Shown here in pieces: positions 54,667-57,031 of a DNA stretch of 57,031 nt. The stretch is taken from NCBI GenBank assembly GCA_041658955.1, contig JBAZZE010000004.1, positions 1-57,031 of the forward strand, read 5' to 3'. A program made the position numbers and the translations under genes. The notes below the pieces were generated by a model. The model was given only the letters and a program-made list of their open reading frames with translations. It did no database searches and was not told the DNA's origin. Position 1 is the stretch's first letter. Every line of letters starts with the position of its first letter. Origin of the DNA: Candidatus Shapirobacteria bacterium (GTDB taxonomy: Bacteria; Patescibacteriota; Microgenomatia; UBA12405).

Positions 54667-56931
54667 CTATTTGTTTTCCAAACGTTTTTTCTCAGCCCAG
54701 GAAACTATTTCTCGAGTCCGATCGATAGCATCTGGTGAGACAGAGATGGAAGTGACTCCCCATTTAACTAATTTTTCAACTAATTCAGGGTGATTACTGG
54801 GAGCCTGGCCACAAATTGAAGCGAGAATACCTCGTTTTTTCGCCTTAGTAATGGCCCTTTTTAGACTCCATAATACTGCAGGATCAAGCTCGTTAAAGTC
54901 TTTGGCAACTTCGCCGTTGTCGCGATCTAGCCCTAAAGTAAGCATGGTCAGGTCATTGCTTCCAATACTAATACCGTCAATACCAACATCAATGAATTTG
55001 TCGAGAAGGATGACATTACTGGGAATTTCGACCATCATAAAGAGTTTGAAGGTTGGAGAACGAAGCAAGCCATGGTCAGAAATAATCTTCTTGACTTTAA
55101 AAAGTTCATTGGGCGTGCGGACAAAAGGAATCATTAACCAAAGATTTTTTAGATTAAGCTTGTTGCGGACCATTTTGATGGCTTCTAGCTCCATGCTAAA
55201 AACATCGGGACTGTTGATATATCTAGTGGCACCTCGAAAACCTAAAAGTGGATTTGGTTCCTCTGGTTCGTACAATTTACCCCATTTAAGAAAACGATAT
55301 TCGTTAGTTTTAAAATCAGTGGCTCGGTAAACTACGGGTCGAGGAGAAAAGTTTTTACAAAATTTGGCAATATTCATGGCCAACTTTTCAATGTACTCAG
55401 TTTGGCGTCCATCGGCAATCATTTTTTTAGGGTGAATTCCAATATTGGCGATCATAAACTCAGCACGTAGCAAACCGATCCCATCAACATATCGCTTACT
55501 AATTTCTTTGGCGAGTTCTGGCTCTCCAAGGTTGACATAGACTTTAGTGGCAGTGTTGATTTTTTTAGTGGAAGTTTTTTTGATAACCACTTCACCCTTA
55601 GGCATTAGGTCTCCAAACCATATTTCTCCGGTAGTGCCATTTAGGGTCACTACATCCCCTTCTTTGAGAACTTTAGTGGCAGTTTTGGTACCAACAACAC
55701 AAGGGACTCCTAATTCACGACTAACAATGGCGGCGTGTGAAGTTTGACCACCTTTGTCAGTAATAATCCCGTTGACTTTTTTCATAGCCGGGACAAAATC
55801 AGGTGAGGTCATGGTGGTCACCAATATCTGACCTTTTTGGGCGCGGTTAATATCTTTGGGTGAGCGGATAATAACGACTACCCCACTAGCATTTCCAGGG
55901 CTGGCGGACTCTCCGGTAAGGTCTGGTTTGGCAGTAATAGTAGTTTGTTCATTGAGAACTTTTTGGTTGGAGAGAATCGTGGTGATTGGTCTGGTTTGGA
56001 CTATGTAGACATCACCATTTTGAATAGCAAACTCAATATCTTGAGGCTTACCATAATGGTTATGAAGTTTTTGGCCTATTTTGGCTATTTTTATGGCTAC
56101 TTGGTCGCTGATTTTGAATTTATTTTGTTTAGACTTTGGTACTGGGACTTCGTGAGTTTCGTTTTGAGTTTTTACTAGTTGAACGTCTTGAGAGATGTGG
56201 TTTTTGGAAACTATACTCCAATTACTTTTATCGAGAATTATTTGATCAGGAGTTACTTGACCTTGGACAATATATTCACCCAGACCCCAGATAGTTTCAA
56301 CAATGATTTGATTTTTATTGTTGCTGACAGGATTGACAGTAAACATAATCCCCGAAATCTCAGATTGAATTTGTTTTTGAATAGGGACTGCGACACCTAC
56401 TTTAAAGTGATCGTATTTTTTCTTGACCCGATAGAAAATAGATCGAGGAGTAAATAGTGATGCCCAACAATCACGAACACGATTGACTACATTGGCTTCG
56501 CCAATGACATTTAAAAAAGTTTCTTGCTGACCAGCAAAAGAAGCATCGGCTGAATCTTCGGCGGTGGCAGAAGAACGGACGGCAACAGGGGCATTGGCTA
56601 TACCCATAAAACCAGATAATTTTTTGTAGTTGGCCATGATCTCAAAAGCCAAGGCATCGGGAAGGGGTGACTTTTTAATGATGGATTTTATTTTCTTTGA
56701 AGCACTTAAAAGCTGATCTGGCTGGTCAACATCCATGGTTTGAAGAATGTCTCCGATTACTTTTTTAAGATTGTTATCTTTAATGAATTGAAAATAGGCA
56801 GTGGAAGTGACGACAAAACCATTTGGAACTGGAATTCCCAAGTTGTACATTTCACCCAAATTAGCGCCCTTCCCACCAACTATATTGACATCCTCAAAAT
56901 GGATTTCTTTAAACCAAAGTGTATTTTTCAT
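54667..56931 (-). CDS. ppsA: Phosphoenolpyruvate synthase
   Basis: VGGKGANLGE, VRSSATAED...SFAGQ, QTRPIT, GGQTSHAAIVSRE, LLRAEF, MVEIP, SIGSNDL, SICGQ. Confidence 0.95.
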   Translation of the reverse strand: MKNTLWFKEIHFEDVNIVGGKGANLGEMYNLGIPVPNGFVVTSTAYFQFIKDNNLKKVIGDILQTMDVDQPDQLLSASKKIKSIIKKSPLPDALAFEIMANYKKLSGFMGIANAPVAVRSSATAEDSADASFAGQQETFLNVIGEANVVNRVRDCWASLFTPRSIFYRVKKKYDHFKVGVAVPIQKQIQSEISGIMFTVNPVSNNKNQIIVETIWGLGEYIVQGQVTPDQIILDKSNWSIVSKNHISQDVQLVKTQNETHEVPVPKSKQNKFKISDQVAIKIAKIGQKLHNHYGKPQDIEFAIQNGDVYIVQTRPITTILSNQKVLNEQTTITAKPDLTGESASPGNASGVVVIIRSPKDINRAQKGQILVTTMTSPDFVPAMKKVNGIITDKGGQTSHAAIVSRELGVPCVVGTKTATKVLKEGDVVTLNGTTGEIWFGDLMPKGEVVIKKTSTKKINTATKVYVNLGEPELAKEISKRYVDGIGLLRAEFMIANIGIHPKKMIADGRQTEYIEKLAMNIAKFCKNFSPRPVVYRATDFKTNEYRFLKWGKLYEPEEPNPLLGFRGATRYINSPDVFSMELEAIKMVRNKLNLKNLWLMIPFVRTPNELFKVKKIISDHGLLRSPTFKLFMMVEIPSNVILLDKFIDVGIDGISIGSNDLTMLTLGLDRDNGEVAKDFNELDPAVLWSLKRAITKAKKRGILASICGQAPSNHPELVEKLVKWGVTSISVSPDAIDRTREIVSWAEKKRLENK

Positions 56932-56982
56932 AAATTAATAATACGCTAAAAATGAAAAACAAAAAACGACTCAGGTGTGGTT

Positions 56983-57031
56983 TTACCGGAGTAGTGGTAA
57001 GAGGACTCTTTCCAAGGCAATATCTTTAGGG
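56983..57031 (-). CDS. Possible 3' end of a gene starting beyond the window
   Basis: Minus-strand frame ...PKDIALERVLLPLLR* ends 51 nt before the ppsA start. Confidence 0.3.
   Translation of the reverse strand, partial: PKDIALERVLLPLLR

Noticed and set aside
56952-57031. tRNA-like start (GGAGTAGTGGTAAG) or short plus-strand ORF at the window end
   Set aside because: No cloverleaf; the ORF stops after 25 codons; better explained as the antisense of an upstream gene end

Overview
Chromosomal window from a small-genome bacterium. Gene content, tight packing, weak or absent Shine-Dalgarno sites and CCA-less tRNAs suggest Patescibacteria/CPR, probably Microgenomates (inference). Positions 1-13.6 kb and 45-57 kb are host backbone: 10 tRNA genes in total, tgt, mtaB, a DRG-type GTPase, a thioredoxin-dipZ-msrA-msrB cluster, GNAT/NUDIX genes, secG, lexA, rsmI and ppsA. 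Between tRNA-Leu(GAG) and tRNA-Gln(TTG) lies a 31,330-bp integrative conjugative element bounded by only a 4-bp GCAC repeat (13634-13637 and 44964-44967). It carries a large serine recombinase, an XRE switch, a coupling protein, a Replic_Relax protein, a minimal Gram-positive-like T4SS and defence cargo (GmrSD, SNF2-Mod-Res type III RM, a 1185-aa nuclease-HEAT protein, TM-NERD, PLD). Main discovery: joining the two ends in silico gives a perfect 12-bp palindromic attP (ATGGTGCACCAT) inside the integrase ORF. This swaps a 59-aa tRNA-antisense tail for an orphan 35-aa tail stranded at the far end. It also places a PLD nuclease gene and a small gene under ATGA translational coupling with the integrase, an operon that would exist only in the excised circle. 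The empty site would restore a tandem tRNA-Leu/tRNA-Gln pair 17 nt apart.
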